DNA of 64,000 nucleotides, from the NCBI GenBank assembly GCA_965207375.1, contig CBDBMG010000003.1, positions 448,001 to 512,000 of the forward strand, written 5' to 3'. The position numbers were made by a program, and so were the translations under genes. The DNA is from Nitrosopumilaceae archaeon. Its GTDB lineage: Archaea; Thermoproteota; Nitrososphaeria; Nitrososphaerales; Nitrosopumilaceae. Within the stretch, counting starts at the first letter, position 1; every line of letters begins with the position of its first letter. Positions 1 through 13,695 of this stretch are shown piece after piece. The notes beneath the pieces are model-generated. The model saw nothing but the letters and a program-made list of their open reading frames with translations, did not search any database and had not been told where the DNA came from.

Positions 1-23
1 CTGCCAATAACCAGACATTAAAT

Positions 24-1075
24 TTAAGGTAGTAAAATACATACATAGGTGCCACCTGCAAGCAAGTCAAGGGTGGAGTCAATTCTTTCTAATAGATGTG
101 CATCACAGTGAGTAATGGCATTTAATTTCTGAAGTATAGTCAACACAAAATTGCCATGTATTGTCTTTTTTTGCACCATGACGACAGGAGAGGACCACGG
201 GCTGTTGCTAGGTCGTACTATGTTGTGATCAAGCATGTGTTGTACTGTGGTATTCTTCAAAGCTTCAGGTAATCTTCGGAGAGACTGGCAAATGGGAGCC
301 CCCATTGTGGGTATGAAATGCTTAACAACAGAAGTTTGGCCAACTGGGCCTTGTATGAGCTCAGATTGTTCATTAGTGGTTAGATGGGAAAGATCCAGAG
401 AATCTGTTAATGGATCATTGCGGTGGATTGATGAAGTATTCTGAGAAACTAGTACGTAATACACTTTGTTTAGGCGTGACTAAGGCCAGCTTCATTCCTT
501 GTATATATAATGTGGTGGCTGTTGGGCTGACATCCATGACTTGTAATAATTATAACTTCATTGTCACCAATCAATGGGCTTAAAGAACATGCTACACAAA
601 AATTAGTTGAACTATTGTTCAGGGGTTCTATTAGAAAGGACTTGACAACATGTTCTGAATTAATTTTCCCAGTGATGAGTGTACAGTCATCGCTGCAACA
701 ATGTGGCAGACATCAACTCTTCCGCAGGGTAGGCCTCCTTAAATAACTCTTTTAGTTTAACCACAAAGTCTGCAACCTTTTCTTCTGGCCATTGAGAGTG
801 CGACATGAAGATCTGGCTGGAAACTAAACAATCGCACACCAGCGCTAGCCCAGCTTTAGTCATCAGTGATGTCTTCAGCCTTTCCAAATCTCCTCGGGTT
901 ACTTCATCAAATTCGGCATAATAGTCAACTAATTTCCCTCGTAAAAGTGTTGGTAGGATAACATTCTGTCTATCCACATTCCACTGTTTAGCACTTGTAA
1001 CCGACTGGAATCATGTCCAAGCTCTATGAAAATCGTCAACAGTTATATCGGGAAGAGGTAAATCCAGTTGTCCAC
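24..1075 (-). mobile_element. Degenerate Ty3/Gypsy retrotransposon fragment (gag and N-terminal RT)
   Basis: ORF 687-977 is gag-like (LPTLLRGKLVDYY...LKELFKEAYP). ORF 24-464 has Gypsy RT N-terminal motifs: IVRPSNSPWSSPVVMVQKK, KLNAIT..DAHLLERIDSTLDLL. Frameshifted. Confidence 0.85.
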
Positions 1076-1218
1076 TTCTGACACAAATGTACCAAAGGTC
1101 TATATGATACATACTAATAAAGTAACAATGGCATACAACAACTACACATGTACAGCAACGAATGTTCTAGATTATAAATCACATGATACATATTAAATAA
1201 TAAATACAATGTTACATT

Positions 1219-1570
<352 letters not shown>

Positions 1571-1853
1571 TATTCTTTTTTGGCTTCTTTTATAGTAATA
1601 CTAACACTAATCTATGGTGTAACTAAATTAGCACTTAACAGCCTGACTTAACTCATAGACAATATACTATCTTCCTCATCCACTGAATTCCCGCTATATG
1701 GTACGGGTAGTCACCAGCACTACATGGTATGCCAAATACAATCTGCATGACTATACATACATACAACCAGGAAGCCTCACACAAAAGTATGAGGCTTTTC
1801 GTCCCTTATATTTTACATGGCAGGACTCCTCAGCTGGTGCCATGATACAGTAG

Positions 1854-2236
1854 CAGTGCTTATGATAAGGATTAAAAATTGTCCAGACATTGGTTTTTCT
1901 ATTAGAAATTTAATGACTTTCCCATTGATAATACCGTATGAGATGAAAAATTGGCGAGAATTTAAGTTGGCGAATAGCCATTTGATAAGAGATTGGTGAA
2001 TTTAATATTGGCGAATTGTGGCGTTACCAATTCTTGCAAAAATAATGGTTGATCGATATTGGCGGCATTAAATTTGGCAGATTTTTGCAATTCGCCAAAC
2101 CGCCAAATTAAATTCCATGTCAAATTTTCATCTCATATGGTATATAGAATATCTGACTGACCAAATTTGGTTTGACCGGTCAAATGCTTAAATTGGCCGG
2201 AAAATGTCTGATGACTGGCCATTATCATAAGCACTG
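1854..2236. mobile_element. MITE with CAGTGCTTATGATAA TIRs, containing a nested MITE
   Basis: CAGTGCTTATGATAA ... TTATCATAAGCACTG. Confidence 0.7.
1934..2140. mobile_element. TA-flanked MITE (Tc1/mariner-like CCGTA ends)
   Basis: TA|CCGTATGAGATGAAAA ... TTTTCATCTCATATGG|TA. Confidence 0.8.
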
Positions 2237-2383
2237 TCTGATAGGTATGATAAACAAACAATATGGGTATTAGGGTATTAGTGGGCTCTATAGAACTGAG
2301 AGATTTACGTAATCACCACATAGTCGGCAAGTTTGGTGAGTCATACAAGATTCACTTTTTTGGTTGAATCTATCCACTTACTA

Positions 2384-3212
2384 CTGGGGCGGATCCAGGG
2401 ATTTCAAAGGGGGGGTGCACAATCAGACATATACATGTATACATCATACAGAGTGTCCTAGCCTAGAGGGAGGTTCTAAATCTGGTATGATCACACAAAT
2501 AAAGTGAAACTTGTAGTTATTGTGCGGAGCACAATCAGCATGCGTAGCATGCTAATACTAGGGGGTCTGGGGGCATGCCCCCCAGGAAAATTTTGAAAAA
2601 TAGATGCTCTGAGATGGCATTTGGGGGCATTTCTGAGTGTTTGCTAGCTAGAGCACTATGTACATTTAATTCAAGAGTGAAATAAAATTTTGACTAAACT
2701 ATATACGTAGCTATAGCTATATGTATATCTTTAAAAACTACATATGAATTAGTTAGCTAGCTACTCATCAGGCTCTAACAGATTAGAATGATCTGATGCA
2801 TCATCTTCTCTATCATTCTCAGGCTCTAACCTGTTGCACAAATATAATCAAACTGCCTGTTAACTAGTCTAGCTTCCTTTACAAGTTACATTACCTTTGG
2901 AAATAATCAAACAATTTCCTTTGCTTTGGGGCTGGAGGAGCAGATGCCATGCGCTAAACAAATTAACATGCGAGTGGGCACTAATTAGAGTAACGAACGA
3001 AACTATTAAGATGAAGCTTCCACCATTGATTAAAAGATATCCAAGGCTTTAACTGTTTATTCTATATGTATAAGGTATAATCTATAGAGATAGCTGGTTA
3101 AATAGTTAATTGGGATACTAGTTTGCTGTCAAGGTTGTAGCTTTGACATAGTGAATTAAGAAATGGGAGGGGGGGCACGTGCCCCATGTGCCCCCCTCTG
3201 GATCCGCCACTG
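2384..3212. mobile_element. Non-autonomous hAT-like element with 5-bp TSD
   Basis: TIR CTGGGGCGGATCCAG / CTGGATCCGCCACTG; TACTA on both sides. Confidence 0.75.
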
Positions 3213-3799
3213 TACTATCACAAGCTTAAACAAAGGGTACACTCTATAAATCCAAGTAACAAGACAATGTTGGGATATTCAGAGCTAATGTATACCATTT
3301 GCACTGTATGGTAAATTCAATAAATGACACAAAAAATTGCCATGTTAGGTAACAAGCTTATGATCAACCTTGGTGTGCATTAAATAGAGTAATCAATAAG
3401 ATTGCTTTAACAACTATATTAAGGCATTTACCAGTGCCCTACTATTCCGCTGCTTATGTGTACACACATACACAATATATAGATGACACAACATTCATGA
3501 TATAGCGTAACAGTATCAAAAGTTGTTCATCAAATAGATTTTATGGAATTATGGAACGTACGCTATTAACTATTTTGTCTATTACATTACAATACTGTAG
3601 GCCTCGCAGCTGTTCTTGTATGGAATTATACCAGATCTACTGTAGTGCCTCAAATCCACTATAGAATCATCAATGAACAACCCAGCTGCGTACGTTTATC
3701 ACTCAAAGAATTTCCAGAACAGTTAACTGGTGCCCAATACAAGGCTGATACATACACAAAGAATTACAGCAGTTTACTGACACTTCACTATAATGGCAA

Positions 3800-3876
3800 C
3801 ATGTGACATATTAAAACAACTCTCAAGATTTAAATGCTCTTTTATACCTATACATACAAGATTTGATTATGGGTTT
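3800..3876 (-). ncRNA. Truncated variable-segment mini-gene (subfamily D; 3' T-tract and hairpin lost)
   Basis: Minus strand reads AAACCCATAATCAAAT...TATAAAAGAGCATTTAAATCTTGAG. Paralogous to 35806-35914 but with a different downstream segment. Confidence 0.4.
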
Positions 3877-4969
3877 ATTACACAACATTTCTTTAGCCAT
3901 TGTAAACCATTTGACTACTGATATCCAATAACTCAAAACTGAGATAGTTTCTACTTCATTGCACATACACACCTTATATGAGTTCTAAATATTGCAAAAC
4001 TTGTCATGATAAGTGCCAATTATTACGATATTGCGTATGTAAGCTCCCACTGCACAACCAACTAATTCTCATGATGAGCACGTCACACGACAGGTACTCT
4101 ATAAATGCATCGATCGAAATGTGCCATACCTACTTTCATAACCAACACCTCACACTTTTGTTAATAATATATAACCACTAAAAACAGTTAAATTAATACC
4201 CGATACAACATTACCTTAGTCTGTTTAAAAAGATCATTACGATTGGCTTTGTTTATAAAGACATGCCCACCATTAGTATCTATCCAGGACATCTTCAACT
4301 AAGTGTTGGAAAAATTAAAAACTTACTTAATGCACTATATATCATGCACTAATCAGTAAAATCACCCAAGGCACTTGTTACAAGACACTTGTAACTGTAC
4401 TCTTGCGTGTGCATGCAATAAACACGCAAGTCATACTGAGAGACACGGAGAAAAAATGTAAATTTCACCATACGAGTGTCAAGATTGAGTTGATCTGATA
4501 ACTAGACAAATAGATTTTGCAATTGTATTTTGCTATAATACAGCTACTTTTTTATTGCTAACAAGTGCCTGTAAACAAACATAATTAAGTGGGTGCCTTC
4601 AGTCATATTGTAGCATGTGATTCCATATTTGTGATCAGATTTGCGAAAACATTTATACGTAGTTCACACATTCAATTTTTCAAATTTGAAGATTCATAAA
4701 TCTGTTAGGGATGAACCCCATTTTAGGCATATGGCTAGTTTAAGATAATAAAGTAACTACACACATTACACAAACAAATCTAGAGGTAGAGCTACATTTA
4801 GTAAACTTATTAAGTATTAAGAGTGGGCAGAATTTCATTGTCCATATAAGAGATTTGATTGTGGGTTTAAGTTTTTTAAAATCTGTATATCATTTTTGTA
4901 GTAACAAGTAGTAGAGAAAATATTTTGTTCCCTCTAAATTTCAGTATAATCACCAGATCTAATAAAGTA

Positions 4970-5552
4970 GCGTAGGCTACCAAATATCGGCCAGTATCTA
5001 TTATCACCAATTTTCGTAATGCATTAAAGCTTGCACAAGATACGTACACAAAGGATTACTAGAATTGCAGTATATTAACAACAGAATTAATCAGAAACCA
5101 CTTCAATAATCAATAGTCCTACAGTATTCATGAGTACCAAGAAACCATGGGAAAGTTGTTAAAGAGTTTCTTAACATAAAAATACGTGTATCGTTATAAT
5201 GTGACAATGGAAACACATAGTAATGCCAAAACCACATGATTTACTTGACAAAATATCCTTCACATTCTGCAAAAAATATATCTACTAGAAGTTATGGCAC
5301 AAAGTTTAAGCACTGGTTGATAATTGATATTGCAAAAAGTACAGGTGGCCGATAATAGATCACAGTGGATGATAATTGAAAGATCACATGCGCAAGCGTT
5401 TTACGTCACAGACGCTGTGATGATGTCATTAACATAAAAATTGGTTTCCAATGTGATCAAAGAATGTGCTATTGAGTAGTGAAAACCGGAAGTCTGTAGG
5501 ATAATCGCTCGCTAAGGTAAGCCATTAGAAGGAAGTGTTGGTGATTTTATGC
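4970..5552. mobile_element. TA-flanked insertion in the amplified module
   Basis: The empty site AATAAAGTACAGCTCAC is seen in other copies. The same insertion occurs at about 26658-27243. Confidence 0.65.
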
Positions 5553-6374
5553 TAGAGCTCACATCAATCTTTTCCTTCTCTAATATCACCTCCAAGCCAA
5601 ACTTACTAATCTTTTACGTATGTCACAAACTTCCATTACTACAATAGCATCAACCAAAGCCATGCTCCTTGAAGTTGAAGTACTCAAGAGTAACAGTGTA
5701 CAAACTCACATGATCACCTGCTAATTCATAATTGTGCTCACATGCATACAATTTATTAATTTCAGTCACAGCTAGACAGCAAGGTTTCCTCGTGTACATA
5801 TACTAAATTTGATTCATGCACGTACACAGCGCACAAATAAACCATCATATGCAGGCTAAATTTCATGACAGTCTTTCATCTTCTTGGCTCCTTCCGTAAG
5901 AAGTTCCTCCCTTTCATGTAGGGCCACCATGAATACAGAGGAATAATCCCTAAATGCATTCTTACTAGTTTAATAATTTACAAGTTAGCAAAGTATTGTA
6001 TAGTCTTTTGAATGTTTGACATGTAAAATGGTATTTGATGATATTCTGATATGCAACTGATAACCTTACTTTTCACAAAATGTGTGGAGGAATGCATGTG
6101 CAGTAATTTTGAAACAAATTTAAGTTTGTGTAAGTACAGTATGTCATGCCTTAATGAGTCATATACCTGCTTGTAAAGATTTTCATCACCTGACGTATGC
6201 ATTATGCATTCCTATCAAGAGATAAATTTATTAATCACATTTATCAACCTAGCACACATACCAAAAAACCAAATAATTCCCTATAAAATTTTGTGACAGT
6301 CAAACATATCCAACACTTTTATATGTGCACGTGTATGTGTATGTACACATTATTTCTATTACAGAGTGGTATTA

Positions 6375-6616
6375 TATGTGACCCGGCATGAGAAAACTGG
6401 GCTTATGTACACAACACACACCTATTCACATTATGGTACCTATTTCCTTTATTATATAAGAGTTAAAAAATTTGTAAGCTGCAGGAAATTCCCTATTGAG
6501 TGCTGTATAAATGGTAAAAATTGTGTTAGATTCCTTTATTCACACAAAAAGTTGAAATCCACCTCAAATTTCATGTGCACATACGTAAGTCCTGTTTTCT
6601 CATGCCGTGTCACGTA
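6375..6616. mobile_element. MITE
   Basis: TIR TATGTGACCCGGCATGAGAAAAC / GTTTTCTCATGCCGTGTCACGTA. Confidence 0.75.
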
Positions 6617-6849
6617 TTATGAACTCTTAACTGGATATAAAGTATTTTGCTGGGAGGATCAAAGACAAAAAGTGATATAAAGTTGCAAGGTGGAAAGTAT
6701 AGCATTCTTTGGAAAATAAAGGAAACTATTTGCATAATATTTGTGACTGAATTTGCAAAAAAGGGGTCTTATACATGCATCCAATTTTTCAACTTTAAAG
6801 GAGATGTAACTCAGTTTCTGGTTGAGCTACAGCTTTGAAATTTTGTGAG

Positions 6850-7148
6850 TAGGGTTGGGTGATAATGAAAATTTCATGTCACGATATATCACAAGAGTAA
6901 TTATCACGATAATCGATATTATCATGATATCAATAGTGGACTGTACTACATGCAGTCTACAGGTACTAAAACTATGAACATAGGACTGATGTTATAAAAT
7001 CTGAATGCTTTTGAGCAATAATTCTTACGATAATCATGGTATTCACGATAATATTGTGCTGCCCGATATTACGATACTGAAAATTTCTCTTCGATATCGA
7101 TTATCATGGCACTTTGATATCATGATATCGTAATATTGCCCAACTCTA
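6850..7148. mobile_element. hAT-type MITE with 8-bp TSD, nested in another MITE (about 6738-7268)
   Basis: TAGGGTTGGG...CCCAACTCTA flanked by TTTGTGAG on both sides. Confidence 0.85.
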
Positions 7149-7677
7149 TTTGTGAGAAGATTTTCCTATCATTAAACTATTGTGTGTGAAAAGTTTAATG
7201 TAATGGCTTAATCACTAACAAAGTTTTTACTCATCAAAGTTGCAAAATCAGATGCGTGTGGTCACATTTGTTGTTGTTGTAGGTGTGAAATTCCGTCAGA
7301 ATGGTGAACACAGTAACTAACTGATTTCAAACTAAATCCCATCTGTAAAATGAGTTCTTTTTGCACTAACAAGTCACATGGTGCAACAACTTATGCTTGT
7401 GTGTCGATAGCTAGCTTGCACTAATCATCATTCAGTAAGCCTACCAGTTGTGTTAGGTCATTTTCATTATCAGATTTTTAAAAAAATTCCATTTAAAAAT
7501 TAGAAAATCAGTGAAACGTTGAGTAAAAATAATTAAACATAATTTATAATGAAAGTTGGGTTGGAGTGATCCAGGCAGGGATGAGAAACAAGTAATCAAG
7601 TTTGCCTGGCCTTATCCATTATACGTACTTTATTCAAGGTGACATTTAATATTTACATACAAATACACTGTACACAC

Positions 7678-7870
7678 CTCATAAGCAGCTGATATTCTCT
7701 TGGTCTCTTCACTGAGTTTAGTGCTGCGCTGACAGTGTCGATGTGCAAGTCAGGAAGCTTGGCATACATCTCCTCTCCAGATGTCAGAGAAGTCCAGGAG
7801 TCGGAGCTGGCCTGATGTGATCTTGGGGATAAACATTCACTAAATTTATTTCGAGGAAGCTTAACCGAGG
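7678..7870 (-). pseudogene. VPS33A: VPS33A exon fragment
   Basis: ag|..SVKLPRNKF...LTSGEEMYAKL.DL....V...LSEETKRISAAYE|gt resembles VPS33A YVKLPPEKF...[35 protein letters not shown] (recalled from memory). Contains a frameshift. Confidence 0.8.
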
Positions 7871-8672
7871 CTATATTACACACAAAAAGTAGTAAATGAT
7901 AGCAGAGTTTTATAAAAACTACTTTAAAACAACTTGGCACTCATTATTAAGAGCAGTGTGAGTGATATTAGTCATCAATCAAATAAAACTATTTACCATT
8001 CCTTGTATTTATAGGAACATTTGTACTATTTTATTTGACAACTAAAATCTGTTAATTTTGCCAATAATTTTAACCCCTCCAATTAGTGATGGGAAGCATT
8101 TCAATTATTCAATATGGGTAAGGTATAAGCTCATACAGAACATCATTTTATATACGTAATGCATTCCATTATTGTAATGTAAAAATCATACTATTATGTA
8201 GTGTAGGAATTATAATAATATGGGTGTACAAATAATTAGTTATAAAAATGCATACAAAGACTTTAAGCAGACTACTAGCATAAAAACTGGTTGTGTGAAG
8301 TCAAGTAAATGTCATGATCTGATATAAAATTCATTACTGACTTTAAAACTGGTTAATCAGTTTCATAACGGGTTGACCAATTTTGAAATGGTATAACTAT
8401 ATTATTAGAGTATCCTTTTAAAGTGATAGCTATAGGTATTGTACAGTAGTAACTAGTCTTGCATGGCCACACCCTCTTCTTTGTATGTTGACTAACATTA
8501 AACACCCTGCCGGAAGATGTAAGGTAACAGTAAAGCTGACCAACTGACGGCTAGTGCTGGCTTGGGTGAACCATACAGTACTTTTCATCAGACAAATCAA
8601 ACACTGACTATCCTATTACATTGATTTCATCAGTTACAAAATCAATTCACCAATATTAAAAATGGACAATAG

Positions 8673-9316
8673 AAACAAGTTGACATATCACCATCTAAAA
8701 ACCAGGCACTACATATGTTCCACTACTGTAAATTAACTGCCATGGTAAATAATATTTGATAAGAAAATCACGTGAGCTAAGACTCATCACTAAGGAACAC
8801 ATAGCAACCCATACACTTTTAAATTTTACTTTATACAGCAGAACCTTGGTGATAACACTTTTCAAAAGTAGTATAAAGTAGTCTTAAGCCAAAATTCTTA
8901 CTATAACACTGTAAGCCTGTCTCTATTAAACACTTCATGACCCACATGGCATGCCCATTTTTATAACTGAGGTGCTCTGTCTTGTACGTAGGTGATGTAT
9001 AACTCATAAACTGCCATTTACTGCTAAATGAATGGCTAATACTGCATTACCTTAGTCTTCTTTGACTGGAATTCATGATGCATTTCGTTACTAAGACCAT
9101 ACCCATCAACAATATCGATAGCAGGTGTCACATAAAGAAACCGGAGGGCAGTATGGCTTACATGGCCGGTTATTCAGGCTTAATCTAACATGAATTGTTT
9201 TTAATGGCCGGGGGGGTGGGCGCATGCACGCACACGCATACCGACATCTGCATGGAGGCAATTTCGGGGGGCCGGGTGTGCGCCGGCCCACAGGCCAGCG
9301 CGTGCCTGGTTTAAAA
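8673..9316. mobile_element. Helentron/HINE-like non-autonomous element
   Basis: Subterminal inverted AAAACCAGGC/GCCTGGTTT, a 3' GC-rich stem-loop and a CA-like microsatellite. Inserted in an A-run. Relatives at 29435-30167 and 28560-28810 (partial). Confidence 0.6.
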
Positions 9317-9488
9317 ACAAGATCAATAACTACTGACCTGGGTCACTTTAACACAAATACATAGCCAGTTTAAAACCAGTCAAATTTTAAATTGTGCTAT
9401 AACAAAAATATATTACAATGGTAAGTTTACTATACGTAACTACTGTAAAAGAACTGATTACCATACTAAACATTGTTTTGATCATTGT

Positions 9489-9575
9489 GGGCCTCTTTGA
9501 GGCCTTGCAAAAATTCTATATAGCATACCATTTTTTGTGTAATTCACTTTGTCAAGGTTTAGTCTCTTCTTTTAT
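9489..9575 (-). ncRNA. Variable-segment mini-gene, subfamily A; TATA box disrupted by an insertion
   Basis: Variable segment 9515-9551 (37 nt) between the CCTTGA linker and ATTTTTGCAAGGCCTCAAAGAGGCC. The upstream motif is displaced to about 10680-10692. Confidence 0.55.
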
Positions 9576-10669
9576 CATTAAGTACGGTAGTACTTAATAG
9601 TAGGATTGGTAAAAAATTGTATGGCTTCGGGAAAATTTAGCGCTTTAAAAATCAACCTTGCAATAGACTTTACCCGAAAAAACCAGCTGGAATGCATTGG
9701 TAAGGCTGTAATGATGCTGTACCTTGGTTAAACGAAACGACAAGTCGAATATTTCGACCTACAGCCAACTTTGAAAATTTCGAAATCCACCTGTATTTCG
9801 TCTGACAGCCAGCCAGCCAGCCTGCCAGCCAGCCAGCCTGCCGTAAGACCGGGTTGCGCTAGGTGTAGGGCTCCAGAAATTTCACACAATAAAGGTAATG
9901 GCGGCGCATTTACGAAAATATTATTCCGAAGACGATTTACCCACTGCGCCATGGCGATTCCCTTTATCCTTCATTCCTTTCCTTGTTCTTCTTTATTCCT
10001 TAGCAAGGTGCGAATTTCACCGAAGGTGACGATAGCCTGTAACTGCTTCTGCTTATTGCGTCACACAAAAACCTGACTTGCACGTGATATAATTAGTTAC
10101 AGTGGCACGATGTTTTAGCGTGTACTTTATTACATCGTGAACTTCGAGATTATAGCCTTGGACAAATAGCTTTTGCTGTTTTTCGAGCGTTATATTTACT
10201 ATCACACAGCTGCTTTGCCATGTCAGCGCGTTGTTAACAAGCGCCTGTAAACAAGCATAATTATTACGTAAGCGCCTGTAACATTTTGTGCGCCTGCTAA
10301 AAGATTATTGAATGCTTAGCATGTATAAAAAGTAAACAAACTAGAATGATAAAAAATTAAAAAATTAAAAAGTAAGTAGGGATTGAACTTTGGATTCAAT
10401 AGTGCTACAAAAAGTAAGGAAACAAGGAATAAGATTTTGGGATGAGAGAACATTCTGGCATGAGATAATTTATAAAAGTTTAATCCCTACTTTTGGCAAA
10501 CCTACTGGAAGTGAGCCAAAAGTAGGGATTAAACTTTTATAAATTATCTCATGCCAGAATGTTCTCTCGTCCCAAAATCTTATTCCTTGTTTCCTTACTT
10601 TTTGTAGCACTATTGAATCCAAAGTTCAATCCCTACTTACTTTTTAAATTTTTAATTTTTTATCATTCT
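9574..10669 (+). mobile_element. Fold-back element family 1, copy 1
   Basis: 5' short hairpin TTAAGTAC-GGTA-GTACTTAA, short (GCCA)n, and a near-perfect terminal palindrome at 10343-10669. Confidence 0.8.
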
Positions 10670-11601
10670 TATCTCTACATATTGTGGGTTTTCATTTTTA
10701 CAATGTTTTACTCACAGCTACATTTAGTAAACTTATTAATAGTGGGTAGAACTTCAAACATTGATAATGTAAGGTGATGGCCACTGTTGCCCATATAAGA
10801 GATTTGATTGTGGGTTTAAGTTTTACATAATTTTTGTACTACCAAGTGATGAACTTTGGAAAAGTAATGTTTTGTTCCCTCCAAATTGCCTCTCAAATTT
10901 CAGTAAAAGTTTATAATCACCAGATCTAATAAAGTACAGCTCACATCAACCTTTTCCTTCTCTGATATCACCATCAAGCCAAACTTCGCTTTGCAAGACT
11001 TGACTCAAGGTTATTATTTCAAAATTATAAAACCCAGTAGCTAACCTGATGATTAATCAAGCACTACTCTCAGCATTTCCACTTATGTTGAGTAATCGGG
11101 TGCCTGGCAGGTGTTAGCCAATCCCGTGGCTAATCCACAGTAGCTGACATCACATATCACGCAAATTACTAATGGCTCAGATATTGCTAATGGATGATGA
11201 AATCGACTACCGTACTTTTAGTAGTGATTTCAAGTGTAAGCATCTTAGTACTAAGAAACTTGTCTCTTCGTAACACCGGCATACCATTTTCTAATTGCAG
11301 TAACAAGTCACATAGTGCACCACCTTATGTTTGTGTGTTGATAGCTAGCTGGCACTAATTGTTATTCAGTGAGCCTATCAGTTGTGTTGTTGATTTATGT
11401 GTTGATCACGACACCGACATCCCTACCATTAGAAATTTACAGCTACATACTCCGGATTTGCGCCTAGTGCAGGATTGCCGGTTTGGGGGGTCTAGAGACA
11501 AATTCTGTACTTGGCTTAGCCCCGTGCTATATTGTCTCTTGTACTGTATTTACCATACACACTTGCAGTGGTGCTTTAACTAATACAGATGGCATAGTTA
11601 T

Positions 11602-11719
11602 AGGCCCCTTGAGGTCTTCCAAAAATTTTAATTTAGCATGTTAACCAATGATACTTGTTAAGATCAAGGTTGCTCCAGCTTTTCTTTTATAAACACATGT
11701 TATATTTGATTATGGGTTT
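11602..11719 (-). ncRNA. Variable-segment mini-gene, subfamily B
   Basis: Minus: AAACCCATAATCAAAT..TATAAAAGAAAAGCTGGAGCAACCTTGA-[37 nt, 11627-11663]-ATTTTTGGAAGACCTCAAGGGGCCT. Confidence 0.55.
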
Positions 11720-12093
11720 GAATATTTTAATTCACTTCACAATATAGCTAGCCATTGTAAACCATTCATCCATAACTTTCAGATAGCGCTATTGAGAGTT
11801 TCTAATTAACACATTATACATACACATTATACATACACCTCCACTTTAAACATATCAGTGTTGCTCATATGTATTTGATTGTGACTTCAAGTATTTAAAT
11901 TGTGGTACAGGGTGGCCTACTGTATTTTTGCGGACTGGACTCAAACAGGTGCAGAATATGGAATAACGACACTTTTCAGGATTTTTCATTTATTCTCTAA
12001 AAATTTTAGTTTCCAAGCAGTCTTCCATACTAGTAACCAAACTTACACACATGCACATAGCTGTTAAACACAAACCGAATTTAATTGTGACAT

Positions 12094-12371
<278 letters not shown>

Positions 12372-13539
12372 CCAGACTCCCTGCCTAAGAGGTCTACTGT
12401 TTAGTATCCCTCCCCTATCAATATCTGCCATGCATACACTATTATATATAAAATGATTACATTACACATCAGCTGCTATATTGTACAATTCTAATTAAAC
12501 TTGTTACAAGATTTCCTCCCCAAAGCAATGAAAAACTCCGATCTTTACTACAAAACCAAGTGGTTTCTCTCCCATGCTTACACATAAGGACCGTATTCTT
12601 AACTATACAAAAAACTCACCTCTCACAACAAGGCCCACTGTTCATCCATCTGGGCAATAAGCAATTTACCACGTTTTAATCTTTCTTATTCACACAATCC
12701 CACGTGACTCTTGTATCAGATATGCGCACGCGCATACATTAGTCACATTTTACGTAGCCTCGCGCGCCAGACACTTAAAAAATAAAGCCACCACAAATAA
12801 AAACGGAAAAAAGGGGTCTGGCTCGCGAGACTAGTCTTACGCGCGATAATAAATCTTGCTTAGCCCCACCTCCACCCCACCTCCAACAAGTAAACTTTGC
12901 CTTACCAAGTTTCACTGCTAAACTTTCGAGACCCGTGAACTTTTCAACGCTTATGCTTATTTACACGTATTCACAGATAGCTACTGCAATATTCTGGCAG
13001 CCGAATATCTATGGTTGTGAGAGGTGGCGGACCCCTCGTTCATCCCCGCGTATGTATATAGGGTCTTACTCATGACCACTACAGCTAGTATTATAAATAT
13101 AGCTAATAACAGGCTGGAGATGAAATTTCTTCCTGCAGGGATCCTATCATAGATCTTATCATGATTACAACGGTAGCTATAATTTTGGCATCAAAACCTT
13201 TCTCTAACATTGCAGACTGAGAGGCAGCATATTCTAATTTGCTAGCTCTGATCAAGGTACATGTAGTGAGCTCTTCCCACTAACTAGTTCAAGTTAGCTA
13301 GCTACAAATGAATTATTGAGTTTCTTTTGATAGGCTTGAGTCGATTATGCCCCAGAGTTTAGGTGATAGCAAAAGTTGGGAATAAAAATTAAAGCATAGT
13401 ATCTCATGCCTTTTACCAAAACGTTCTAGTGCTTTCAAAAATACCAGCATGGTAACATTCCTTTCAGTAGCTACTCAAATGGCTATACTGTATGTTACAA
13501 TACCTGCAATATTGACGCACATATATAAAAGCTGTTCAT

Positions 13540-13695
13540 TTAGCAGGGAAGACTGCAAAGGAAACCCCTTTTAAAAATATATATTCTTTTGCAGGGATGA
13601 GTCAGCAAAGTAACAAAATAACTTCTTTTGCAGATATGACTGCAAAGTAAAAACCTTTTAACAAAATATATTCTTTTGCAGGGATGACTGCAAAT
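13540..13695. repeat. Short degenerate tandem repeat, about 40-bp units
   Basis: Recurring GACTGCAAAG...ATTCTTTTGCAGGGAT. Confidence 0.6.

Noticed and set aside
7653-7940. ORF-track proteins at 7653, 20768 and 28118, and the plus-strand MSAEWCHEV ORFs, as novel genes
   Set aside because: They are read-through or antisense translations of the decayed VPS33A exons and flanking intron.
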